Origin: Sphingorhabdus sp.
Lineage (GTDB): Bacteria; Pseudomonadota; Alphaproteobacteria; Sphingomonadales; Sphingomonadaceae
Assembly (NCBI RefSeq): GCF_041916035.1
Contig: NZ_JAYSAI010000001.1
Reading direction: 5' to 3' (one strand)
Length of the DNA: 64,000 nucleotides
Both the position numbers and the translations under genes were made by a program. The notes under the pieces are model-generated. The model was not told the DNA's origin, made no database searches, and saw only the letters and a list, made by a program, of their open reading frames with translations. Numbering within the stretch: the first letter of the stretch is position 1; each line of letters opens with the position of its first letter. Shown here in pieces: positions 28,120 to 38,383 of the stretch.

Positions 28120-30351
28120 TCAGTTGCCTTTCCATTCGGCAGCGGTGCTGAATGCGGGCAGCGTTTTCGGGCGCTTCTGTTCCTCGATATTGTCGTAATA
28201 GCCGGGCGGCAGGTTCGACATCGGCATCCCGGCCGCGGCCATCATGTAAGGCGAAATCCGGCGGCTGGTGCACAGCCCGCCATTGCCGTCGCTGACCAGC
28301 CGTTCCTCGAACTCGACCCCCTGTTGCGGCCCCATCGAGCGCACCACGGTCGAAATCGCCAGCTGGCCATCGCCGAAATCGATGACAAAGCTGGTGCCCA
28401 GCGGCACATCCATGATGCCTTCGATAAGCGCGCCCGAAACCGAAAGGTTGCGCAACACGACATTGTAATAATGATCCTCGTGGATCGCGCCGATCTTGCG
28501 ATACATCGACAGCCGGTCGCTGCGCTGCACCGCAGGGCCCGACGGGGTGATTTCCCAGTCGCCCGCCTCGCACCGTTCGAGCAGCACCTCGTTTGCCACC
28601 GGCTGGCTGTACACATAGCCCTGAACATGGCTGACATGCAGGCTGCGGATCAGGTCGAGCTGGTCGAGCGACTCGATCCCCTCGGCGGTTGTCTCCATCC
28701 CCAGCGCCTCCGCCAGTGCGACAATGGCGGAGATGATCGCGCCGTTGCGCGATTCGGGTTCGGTCGCACCGCGGACAAAGCTCTGGTCGATCTTGATCTT
28801 GTCGAACGGCGCGGTCTTCAGATAGCCGAGCGAGGAATAGCCGGTGCCGAAATCGTCGAGCGCGAGCCGGATGCCCAGCCGCTTCAGTTCGGTAAACATC
28901 CGGTCGGTATCGGCCGAATCCTGCAGGAACACGCTTTCGGTGATTTCAAGCTCGAGCCGCCCCGGTGCCAGCCCCGACGCGGCAAGCGCGCTCTCGACGG
29001 TCTTGGGCAACATGACATTGGCGAACTGGACCGGCGATACGTTGACCGCGACCTTCATCTTGCCCGGCCAGCTGGCCGCTTCCTCGCACGCCTTGTGCAG
29101 CGCCCATTCGCCCAGCGCGCCGATCAGATTGGCTTCCTCGGCGATCGGTATGAACAATGCGGGCGAGATATTGCCGCGCTCCGGATGGTTCCACCGGATC
29201 AGCGCCTCAAAACCGGTCACGACATTGCTGCGCGCGTTGACCACCGGCTGATAGGCAAGCCAGATCTGGCCCTTTTCGAGCGCGTCGCGCAAATCCTCCT
29301 CAAGCACGCGCCGGTCCTCGGCGGCCTGCAGCAGATCGCTCGAATAGAAACGGAAACGGCCACGGCCGCCCCCTTTGGCCGCGTATAGCGCAAGGTCGGC
29401 ATTGCGGATCAGCTCCTCGCTCGACTGGCCGTCGAACGGGCTGACGGCGATCCCCACCGACGCGCCGATGATGCAGCGGCTGCCATCGATCGAATAGGGG
29501 TGCGAAAGGCTCTTGATGATCTTGTCGGCCATTTCGCCCAGCGCGCCGCGATCATCCTCATCCTGCAATATGATCTGGAATTCGTCACCGCCCAGACGGC
29601 TGATCTTTTCGCGATCGCCGACCACCTTGATCAGTCGTTCGGCCACCTGCTTCAGCAAGGCATCGCCCGCCGGATGGCCCAGCGTATCGTTGACCTGTTT
29701 GAACCGGTCGAGATCGATCAGCATGATCGCGCAGGCGCGGCGCTGGTTCTGGAAGGCCGACAGCGTGGCTTCGAGCAGCTTGCCCATGCGGTGCCGGTTG
29801 AGCAGGCCGGTCAGCGAGTCATAGGTTGCCAGCCGGTCATTGTCCTTCGCCGCCATGCGCTGTTCGGTGATGTCGGTGCCGCTGCCGCGATAGCCGGCAA
29901 AGTCGCCATTGGCCGTGTGAAAGGGGCGCCCCGAAACCGACCACCAGATTTCATCCTCGGTGCCCGCCGCCTGCAGCGCGAGATCCTCGAATTTCGACTG
30001 CCGCATCAGCACCCAGGGCAGCGTCCGTTGCCGGTCCTCATTCGCCTCGGGCTTGCGGAAAAGTTCGACAAAATGGTTACCGGCCAGCTCCTCGAACGGG
30101 CGGCCAAGCTTGGCGCAGATCGATTCACTCAGATAGTTGAGCCGCCCGTCGGCATCGGTCGACCAGAACCAGCCGCGCCCGCTATCCTCGAAATTCTGCA
30201 ACAGCAACAGCGCGTCGCGCGACGAGGTTTTGGGCATGGAAGCAGGTTTTTCGGAACGGCTGCGCGCCGAAAAGCGCCCCAGAAAGCCGCCCCGGCGTTC
30301 CTCCGACGGCGTCTCCGCCGATGCGTCCCACAGTTTTTTCTTCGCTGCCAT
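28120..30351 (-). CDS. PAS-GGDEF-EAL-PilZ diguanylate cyclase/phosphodiesterase
   Basis: WFWSTD PAS, YDSLTGLLNR, DLDRFKQVND, RLGGDEF, GFEALIRW, DDFGTGYSSL; C-terminal RSDR and NLSVSG (PilZ). The start could be up to 21 nt further upstream. Confidence 0.93.
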   Translation of the reverse strand: MAAKKKLWDASAETPSEERRGGFLGRFSARSRSEKPASMPKTSSRDALLLLQNFEDSGRGWFWSTDADGRLNYLSESICAKLGRPFEELAGNHFVELFRKPEANEDRQRTLPWVLMRQSKFEDLALQAAGTEDEIWWSVSGRPFHTANGDFAGYRGSGTDITEQRMAAKDNDRLATYDSLTGLLNRHRMGKLLEATLSAFQNQRRACAIMLIDLDRFKQVNDTLGHPAGDALLKQVAERLIKVVGDREKISRLGGDEFQIILQDEDDRGALGEMADKIIKSLSHPYSIDGSRCIIGASVGIAVSPFDGQSSEELIRNADLALYAAKGGGRGRFRFYSSDLLQAAEDRRVLEEDLRDALEKGQIWLAYQPVVNARSNVVTGFEALIRWNHPERGNISPALFIPIAEEANLIGALGEWALHKACEEAASWPGKMKVAVNVSPVQFANVMLPKTVESALAASGLAPGRLELEITESVFLQDSADTDRMFTELKRLGIRLALDDFGTGYSSLGYLKTAPFDKIKIDQSFVRGATEPESRNGAIISAIVALAEALGMETTAEGIESLDQLDLIRSLHVSHVQGYVYSQPVANEVLLERCEAGDWEITPSGPAVQRSDRLSMYRKIGAIHEDHYYNVVLRNLSVSGALIEGIMDVPLGTSFVIDFGDGQLAISTVVRSMGPQQGVEFEERLVSDGNGGLCTSRRISPYMMAAAGMPMSNLPPGYYDNIEEQKRPKTLPAFSTAAEWKGN

Positions 30352-30493
30352 GTTCGGTTTTGTCCAGTTCATCTGGCGACAGGGCATAAAGATCGCATGT
30401 TTCGGAAGGGTAAATGCGCGGTCAATTACGCCGCGTAACCCGCAGAATTTACATCTTCGTCCTGATCGGCCCAAAGCAGCCGGCCCGAACCGT

Positions 30494-31186
30494 TCAGCCC
30501 TTCCCCTCATACAGCATCTGGTTGGTGACGCCCGGCGGCAGCGGCGCGTGGCAACGGTCACACACACCCTGCCGATCCGCATCGGCGAACATCCGCTGGC
30601 GCATCAGTTCGAATTTGGCGGCCAGCCGCACCTTCACTTCGGCGTCGCTGGGCGGTTTCCATTTGCCGCCATGCTTTTTGAAAATCCAGCCCGCCTGCCA
30701 TTCCTCGAATGTCAGCACATCCTCCGCTTTCCCCGCCAGCTTGCCGCCCGTCATATCGCCGCGCCTGATCAGCAGCCCGAGCATCGCATCCGAAGGTTCG
30801 ATCTTGCGCTGATATTCCTCGCCCTTGCGGATGATCACCGTTTCGCGCCCCTCGACCGCGCGCTGATAGGCAATCGCGATCAGCCCCTGGCGCGATCGTT
30901 CGAGCGCGTCGTCCCATGCGGCGGCAAACAGCGGATATTTCTTCTTCGCACGATAAGGCGCAACATCCGACATGCCTGCACAACGGCACGCATCCTCGAC
31001 ACAGCCGGTATGCGCCAATACATCCAGAAAGCGCTGCAGCCGCTGCTGGTTCCAGCCATCATGGCGTTTGGGATAGCCCGGCATCATGGTGGCGAAATCC
31101 GCCTTGATCGGCCCGGGCGGAATATGCTGCGCGGGGTTGGCACAGGCGGCGGCCAGATCGTCCTCCGGCTTGCGTTTGCGCGCCAT
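30494..31186 (-). CDS. Hypothetical HTH protein resembling phage terminase small subunit-like proteins of Sphingomonadales
   Basis: RHDGW....QRFLDVLAHTGCVEDACRCAGMS...Y..FAAAWDDAL...AYQRAVEG...SDAMLGLL; C-terminal CDRC. The ATG overlaps the upstream stop (TAATG). Confidence 0.7.
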   Translation of the reverse strand: MARKRKPEDDLAAACANPAQHIPPGPIKADFATMMPGYPKRHDGWNQQRLQRFLDVLAHTGCVEDACRCAGMSDVAPYRAKKKYPLFAAAWDDALERSRQGLIAIAYQRAVEGRETVIIRKGEEYQRKIEPSDAMLGLLIRRGDMTGGKLAGKAEDVLTFEEWQAGWIFKKHGGKWKPPSDAEVKVRLAAKFELMRQRMFADADRQGVCDRCHAPLPPGVTNQMLYEGKG

Positions 31187-31461
31187 TACCACTCCTCCTC
31201 GGGGCAATCATGGTCATCGCCATCGTCGAGAATGGACAAATAGCAGGGCGCGCAAAAGCCCAGCGTCTTCAGCTCGGCAGCCGTCGCGTCGAATTCCTTG
31301 CGCAAATCGTCGAGATAATCGACCAGCCGCGTCATCCGCTCGCTCTTCGCCAGTTCGTCCAGCATCGCCTGCAACTCCGCCAATTTGGGCGAAAGAGGGA
31401 GCGTCAGCGTTCCGGGCGCAGGCGCCGCCGCCTTGCGCGGCGGGTTTTTGGGGGAGGGCAT
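31186..31461 (-). CDS. Small hypothetical protein (coiled coil, acidic Cys/His-rich tail)
   Basis: 91-aa ORF with SD, translationally coupled to the downstream gene; FCAPC...DHDC. Confidence 0.65.
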   Translation of the reverse strand: MPSPKNPPRKAAAPAPGTLTLPLSPKLAELQAMLDELAKSERMTRLVDYLDDLRKEFDATAAELKTLGFCAPCYLSILDDGDDHDCPEEEW

Positions 31462-31500
31462 ATCCGATATTCCTTTCCGGGTTAGAGAAACGAATCACGG

Positions 31501-31517
31501 ATAACCTATTTGGTTAT
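31501..31517. promoter_or_regulatory. Palindrome upstream of the two-gene HTH operon (candidate operator)
   Basis: ATAACC-TATTT-GGTTAT, 40 bp upstream of the 31461 start codon. Confidence 0.45.
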
Positions 31518-31536
31518 ATGTAGGACAGATCCAAAT

Positions 31537-31589
31537 AAATAGGGACAGTCCCTATTTTCGCTCTCTTTAAATAGGGACTGTCCCTATTT
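31537..31589. repeat. Two 21-bp perfect palindromes AAATAGGGAC(A/T)GTCCCTATTT at the 3' end of the HUH transposase
   Basis: Copies at 31537-31557 and 31569-31589; the second supplies the transposase TAG stop. Confidence 0.95.
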
Positions 31590-32231
31590 ATTGAGTCTGC
31601 TTGGCCTGCCGCGCCTTTTGGGAGGTTCGCCCTGCCCGATCTGGCGCAGCCAATCTGCCGCGCCCAGCGGCCTGCCGGTCCTGATCGCCAGATCGACTTG
31701 CTCGGCTGCCTCCAGCCCGTTCGCCAGCATCGCCGCCCAGTTCGGCAGATGTTGGCCAAGTGCTGCAATGTCGGTAAGCCCGTCACCATCCCCCGAGATG
31801 TGCGCGCGGGCACTGGACCAGAGCCAATCCTCCGCCCGTTTGACCATGCCCGCCTTGACCGGATTATTCTCTATATAGCGCGCGGCAACCATCATGTGCG
31901 CGTCGTCCATCGCATAACTCGCAAAACGGCCCTGGAACAGGTGGCCAGACGTGTCCTGTAACTGGTTGATGCGCTGCGCATAAGTGGTATGGGCGCTGGC
32001 CAATGTGGCACGCAGCCCGTCTTCGGTTGCGGGCACCAGCATCAGATGGACATGGTTGGGCATCAGGCACCAGGCGAGGCAGCGTGTGCCGTGGCGGGTA
32101 AGCGCCAGTGCCAGTATCTCGATATAGGCGCGGTAATCCTCTTCACTGAAAAAGATCGGCTGCTGCCGGTTGCCACGCTGGGTGATGTGGTGCGGCACGC
32201 CGGGGATCACGATTCTGGCTGCACGTGGCAT
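31584..32231 (-). CDS. Y1 HUH transposase, RAYT-like (IS200/IS605 TnpA superfamily)
   Basis: HHITQRGNRQQPIF, WCLMPNHVHL (HUH), FQGRF, ARYIENNPVKAG (catalytic Tyr), W.WSS; C-terminal RRGRP. Confidence 0.92.
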   Translation of the reverse strand: MPRAARIVIPGVPHHITQRGNRQQPIFFSEEDYRAYIEILALALTRHGTRCLAWCLMPNHVHLMLVPATEDGLRATLASAHTTYAQRINQLQDTSGHLFQGRFASYAMDDAHMMVAARYIENNPVKAGMVKRAEDWLWSSARAHISGDGDGLTDIAALGQHLPNWAAMLANGLEAAEQVDLAIRTGRPLGAADWLRQIGQGEPPKRRGRPSRLNK

Positions 32232-32254
32232 GCGCGCTCCATGAATAGGGCCAT

Positions 32255-32327
32255 AAATAGGGACTGTCCCTATTTAATTGCATCGCAGGATGGTCGAGTC
32301 AAATTTAAATAGGGACTGTCCCTATTT
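32255..32327. repeat. Two 21-bp perfect palindromes AAATAGGGACTGTCCCTATTT at the 5' end of the HUH transposase
   Basis: Copies at 32255-32275 and 32307-32327; a partial AATAGGG at 32244-32250. Confidence 0.95.
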
Positions 32328-32361
32328 TTGTCGCACGCCACCCCCCATCGCGCCCACCGGC

Positions 32362-32390
32362 TTGCACCGCAAGCGCACTTCCGCTAGGCC
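32362..32390 (+). promoter_or_regulatory. Candidate sigma70 promoter of acnA
   Basis: TTGCAC-N17-TAGGCC, an alphaproteobacterial housekeeping-type promoter, about 160 nt before the ATG. Confidence 0.5.
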
Positions 32391-32552
32391 GCGCGCGATA
32401 GTCGAATCTCCCGCTTGTGCGCTGGTTTGATGGCCCTCGCCGACTGGTTCAGCCTGCCGTCCTTTGACAGGCCAAGGACTAGCGGTTTCATAGCAGGAAC
32501 CGTCCTTCCCCACTCCCGCGCATGGGCACCGAACAAAGAAGGGGTAATTACC

Positions 32553-35228
<2,676 letters not shown>

Positions 35229-35237
35229 AACGAAATT

Positions 35238-35267
35238 TGAGACCGGCCTCGCCATCGGCCGGTCTCA
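35238..35267 (+). terminator. Hairpin/terminator after acnA
   Basis: TGAGACCGGCC-N8-GGCCGGTCTCA; weak U tail. Confidence 0.6.
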
Positions 35268-35303
35268 TATCAGCAACGCTGTCGTTTGCATGTGCGACAT
35301 CAA

Positions 35304-35327
35304 GAACAAAATAGAAACATTTGTTTC
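35304..35327. promoter_or_regulatory. LexA-box-like site upstream of the 2H phosphoesterase gene
   Basis: GAAC-N7-AAAC, one mismatch to the alphaproteobacterial GAAC-N7-GAAC, overlapping the palindrome GAAACA-TT-TGTTTC. Confidence 0.45.
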
Positions 35328-35352
35328 CGGCAGCGGATTTTTGCGCTAGCCT

Positions 35353-35895
35353 GTGCCAATGCCGATTCTCCATCGCCTTTTCTTCGGAATCCGCCCGCCA
35401 AGGGCCATTGCGGACGATATGGCCGCCCTTCCATCGGCCAGTGGGTGGCCGAGGCGCGCCAACAGGGCGGATCGCCTTCACATGACATTGGCGCTGACGC
35501 CGGATTTTCTCGATATGCCCCAATCCGCGATCGAAGCATTTCACGATGCTGGCAGTTCGATCATGGCAGAGCCATTTCGACTGATCTTTGATCGCGCAGT
35601 TGCGTCGAAGAATCTGCTCATTCTGCTAGCAAGCGAAAAACTGCCGCATGTTGATCATTTTCAGCAGCAGCTGGTACGCGCGATGATGTCTGCGGGGCTG
35701 CCTTTGCGTAGGAAAGTGCGGTTCAATCCGCACATCACCTTGTCCTATCAGCCCGGCGCGCCCTTTGAACGGGCAATCGAATCGTATAGCTGGCTGGTCG
35801 AGGATTTTGTGCTCATCCACAGCCATGTCGGATTAACCCGGCACGATCAGGTGGGGCGTTGGAAATTGCGATCGAGGACCGTGCCGGCTCGCTGA
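35353..35895 (+). CDS. 2H phosphoesterase (2'-5' RNA ligase/ThpR family)
   Basis: Two HxT motifs: LHMTL and NPHITL. Confidence 0.88.
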   Translation: MPMPILHRLFFGIRPPRAIADDMAALPSASGWPRRANRADRLHMTLALTPDFLDMPQSAIEAFHDAGSSIMAEPFRLIFDRAVASKNLLILLASEKLPHVDHFQQQLVRAMMSAGLPLRRKVRFNPHITLSYQPGAPFERAIESYSWLVEDFVLIHSHVGLTRHDQVGRWKLRSRTVPAR

Positions 35896-35918
35896 CCCTC
35901 CGAGACCATGCTGTGCAG

Positions 35919-36338
35919 CTATGCGAACCGGCCTTGCAATTCGAGCAAGGCAATCGCCGCCTTGGCAGCCTCTCCGCCCTTGTCCTTCTGCGCCGGATCG
36001 GCGCGCACGAGCGCTTGCGTCTCATTCTCGACCGTCAATATGCCATTGCCGATTGCAACGCCGTCCATCGTCAGCGCCATGATACCGCGTGCGCTTTCGC
36101 CCGCGACGATTTCGAAATGATAGGTTTCGCCGCGGATCACGACGCCGATGGCGACAAAGCCATCATAGAGGTCGCTCTGGTCGGCGAGCGCGATGGCGCC
36201 GGGAATTTCGAGGGCGCCGGGGACGGTAATCACCTCGACTTCATGCCCCGCGGCTTTCAGCGCCGCACTTGCCCCTGCCACCAGCATGTCGTTCAGATGG
36301 TCGTAGAAGCGCGCTTCAACAATCAGGAATTTTGCCAT
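35919..36338 (-). CDS. ribH: 6,7-dimethyl-8-ribityllumazine synthase
   Basis: [31 protein letters not shown]. Confidence 0.95.
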   Translation of the reverse strand: MAKFLIVEARFYDHLNDMLVAGASAALKAAGHEVEVITVPGALEIPGAIALADQSDLYDGFVAIGVVIRGETYHFEIVAGESARGIMALTMDGVAIGNGILTVENETQALVRADPAQKDKGGEAAKAAIALLELQGRFA

Positions 36339-36343
36339 TATTC

Positions 36344-37612
36344 TTACTCCGGAATCGCGCGTTCGCCGACAACATGGATGCCATAGCCTTCAAGACCGAC
36401 AACGGTGCGGTGTGAATTGGTCAGCAGCGTCATATCGTGCACACCCAGATCGGCAAGGATTTGCGCACCGATGCCATAAACACGCAATTCGCTGCCGCCG
36501 CCACTGGTCCCGCCTACCTCGTGCTGCAGGCTCTGCGGACCGCTGGGCATCAGGACGACGATAAGGCCTCGACCTTCCTTGCCGATTTCGGCCATGCAGC
36601 GCTGCAAGGTGCGCTTGCGCGGGCCGGAACGACCGAGCACGTCATCGAAAATCGAGATGGCATGCATCCGAACCAGTGTCGGTTCTTCTGGCAAGACCTT
36701 GCCCTTTTGCAGCACGACATTGGTCGTGCCGTCGATCTTGTTGCGATAGGTCATCGCACGCCAGTCCCCGCCATAATCGGACTGGAAGGCGCTCTCGCTC
36801 GCTTTTTCGACCAGATGGTCGTTGCGCATGCGATATTCGATCAGGTCGCGGATCGTGCCCATCTTGATCTTGTGCATCCGCGCAAAGGCAACCAGATCGT
36901 CCATCCGGGCCATCGTGCCATCGTCCTTCATGATCTCGCAGATCACGCCGGAGGGATTGAGCCCGGCCAGACGGCTGATGTCGACCGCCGCCTCGGTATG
37001 CCCGGCCCGCACCAGCACGCCGCCATCGCGCGCGGTCAATGGAAAGACATGGCCGGGGGAGACAATGTCGTTCGGCCCCTTGGAAGCATCGACGGCAACC
37101 GAAATGGTGCGCGCCCGGTCGGCGGCGCTGATCCCGGTCGTTACGCCTTCCTTCGCCTCGATCGAGACGGTGAAGGCGGTCTGCATGCTTTCCTGGTTCT
37201 CGCGCGTCATCGGTGCCAGACCGAGCTGGTCGCAGCGGCTGCGCGTCATCGCCAGGCAGATCAGCCCGCGGCCATGCGTCGCCATGAAGTTGATCGCATC
37301 GGGGGTCGCCATCTGCGCCGGGATGATCAGATCGCCCTCATTCTCGCGATCCTCGTCATCGACAAGGATGTACATGCGCCCGTTGCGCGCTTCCTCGATG
37401 ATCTCCTCGATCGGGACGAGCGCAGGCGTATCGTCATTGGCGAACAGATAGGTTTCCAGCTTGCGCAGCGTTTCTGCAGTCGGGTTCCAGTCCGGCGCAT
37501 CCAGATCGCGCAGCGTATTGGCATGCAGCCCGGCGGCACGGGCCAGCCCCGAACGCGACAGGCCACCTTCGGTCACCAGATGGCGGAGTTTTTCGATCAA
37601 TTGGGTCGACAT
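36344..37612 (-). CDS. ribB: N-terminal XRE/Cro-like HTH fused to DHBP synthase (RibB) and a degenerate GTP cyclohydrolase II-like domain (RibBX type)
   Basis: HTH: [20 protein letters not shown]...[11 protein letters not shown]. RibB: [34 protein letters not shown]-terminal domain LVRMH...[12 protein letters not shown] lacks the Zn-binding CxxGD..CDC cysteines. Confidence 0.92.
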   Translation of the reverse strand: MSTQLIEKLRHLVTEGGLSRSGLARAAGLHANTLRDLDAPDWNPTAETLRKLETYLFANDDTPALVPIEEIIEEARNGRMYILVDDEDRENEGDLIIPAQMATPDAINFMATHGRGLICLAMTRSRCDQLGLAPMTRENQESMQTAFTVSIEAKEGVTTGISAADRARTISVAVDASKGPNDIVSPGHVFPLTARDGGVLVRAGHTEAAVDISRLAGLNPSGVICEIMKDDGTMARMDDLVAFARMHKIKMGTIRDLIEYRMRNDHLVEKASESAFQSDYGGDWRAMTYRNKIDGTTNVVLQKGKVLPEEPTLVRMHAISIFDDVLGRSGPRKRTLQRCMAEIGKEGRGLIVVLMPSGPQSLQHEVGGTSGGGSELRVYGIGAQILADLGVHDMTLLTNSHRTVVGLEGYGIHVVGERAIPE

Positions 37613-37659
37613 TTCACATTCCCGTGAGAATCATGCCCGTAGAAGGGCTTGGTCCGGGC

Positions 37660-37688
37660 TTATTTTCACATCATGATGTGAATGTCAA
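37660..37688 (-). promoter_or_regulatory. ribB-ribH promoter: TTGACA -35 immediately followed by a perfect 18-bp palindrome TTCACATCATGATGTGAA (candidate operator)
   Basis: -35 at 37688-37683, palindrome at 37665-37682; extra TCACAT half-sites at 37614-37619 and 37699-37704. The -10 is ambiguous (AAATAA at 17 nt or TAAGCC at 20 nt). Confidence 0.75.
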
Positions 37689-37719
37689 AGCGCAATTATC
37701 ACATTGCACTATTCGTCTC

Positions 37720-38331
37720 TCAGGTCGCAATACCAACCGAAGCGCTGTCGATCACGGCGTCAATCACGGCGTCGTCGACCGAAACCTGCTTGTCGAGCAT
37801 CAACATTGCAAGCCCGTGCACGATCGACCAGGCCTTGAGCGCGGCAATGTGGCGCTGCCCGGGTGACGCGCCCGCCGGGGCAAGGCTGGCTATATTGTCG
37901 CGCAGCAATTGCAGCGCGCTATTATCCCGCCCTTGCGGCAAGTCGAGAAAGTTGGCCGCCTGCCGTGTTGTCATCATCATGCGGAACAGTGTCGGGTTGT
38001 CGAGCGCGAAATGGACATAGGCCCGGCCGACAGCGTCGAAGCCCGCCCTTCCGCCACCCGATTTCTGCATGGCCGCCAGTTGCAATCGCCCAAGTTCGCG
38101 CCCGCCTTCGTCGCACAGCGCACCCAACAGCGCCGCCTTGTCGGGGAAATGACGATAGACCGCAGTTGCGCTTACGCCCACCATGCGCGCAATTTCACGC
38201 AAACTCACTTCGTCGGCACTGCGCGTTTTCAATAGCTCCAGCCCCGCTTCGACCAACGCTGATCGCAGGCCACCATGGTGATAGCCACGCTTGTTGATAT
38301 CTATGTTGACACTGTTATCATTTACGCCCAT
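37720..38331 (-). CDS. TetR/AcrR family regulator
   Basis: YHHGGLRSALV, SLREIARMVGVSATAVYRHFPDK, WSIVHGLAML. Start placed at MGVNDNSVN. Confidence 0.92.
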   Translation of the reverse strand: MGVNDNSVNIDINKRGYHHGGLRSALVEAGLELLKTRSADEVSLREIARMVGVSATAVYRHFPDKAALLGALCDEGGRELGRLQLAAMQKSGGGRAGFDAVGRAYVHFALDNPTLFRMMMTTRQAANFLDLPQGRDNSALQLLRDNIASLAPAGASPGQRHIAALKAWSIVHGLAMLMLDKQVSVDDAVIDAVIDSASVGIAT

Positions 38332-38346
38332 GTTATCAATGTAAAC
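38305..38346. promoter_or_regulatory. Two imperfect palindromic TetR operators
   Basis: GTTGACA-C-TGTTATC (38305-38319) and GTTATCA-A-TGTAAAC (38332-38346), between the divergent tetR and oxygenase genes. Confidence 0.65.
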
Positions 38347-38383
38347 ATCGCCGAGTCGGATGGCAAGACATGGGAGAAGGAAT

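Noticed and set aside
30494-31461. Prophage call based on the terminase-small-like protein
   Set aside because: No large terminase, portal, capsid, tail or integrase genes nearby; flanks are core genes.
31537-32327. Repeated 21-bp palindromes as a possible CRISPR array
   Set aside because: Only two copies per side, unequal short spacers (11 and 31 bp), no cas genes, and they bracket a transposase.
37613-37719. FMN riboswitch upstream of ribB
   Set aside because: No AGGGC..GGTGAAATTCC-type core on the coding strand, and the region is too short.
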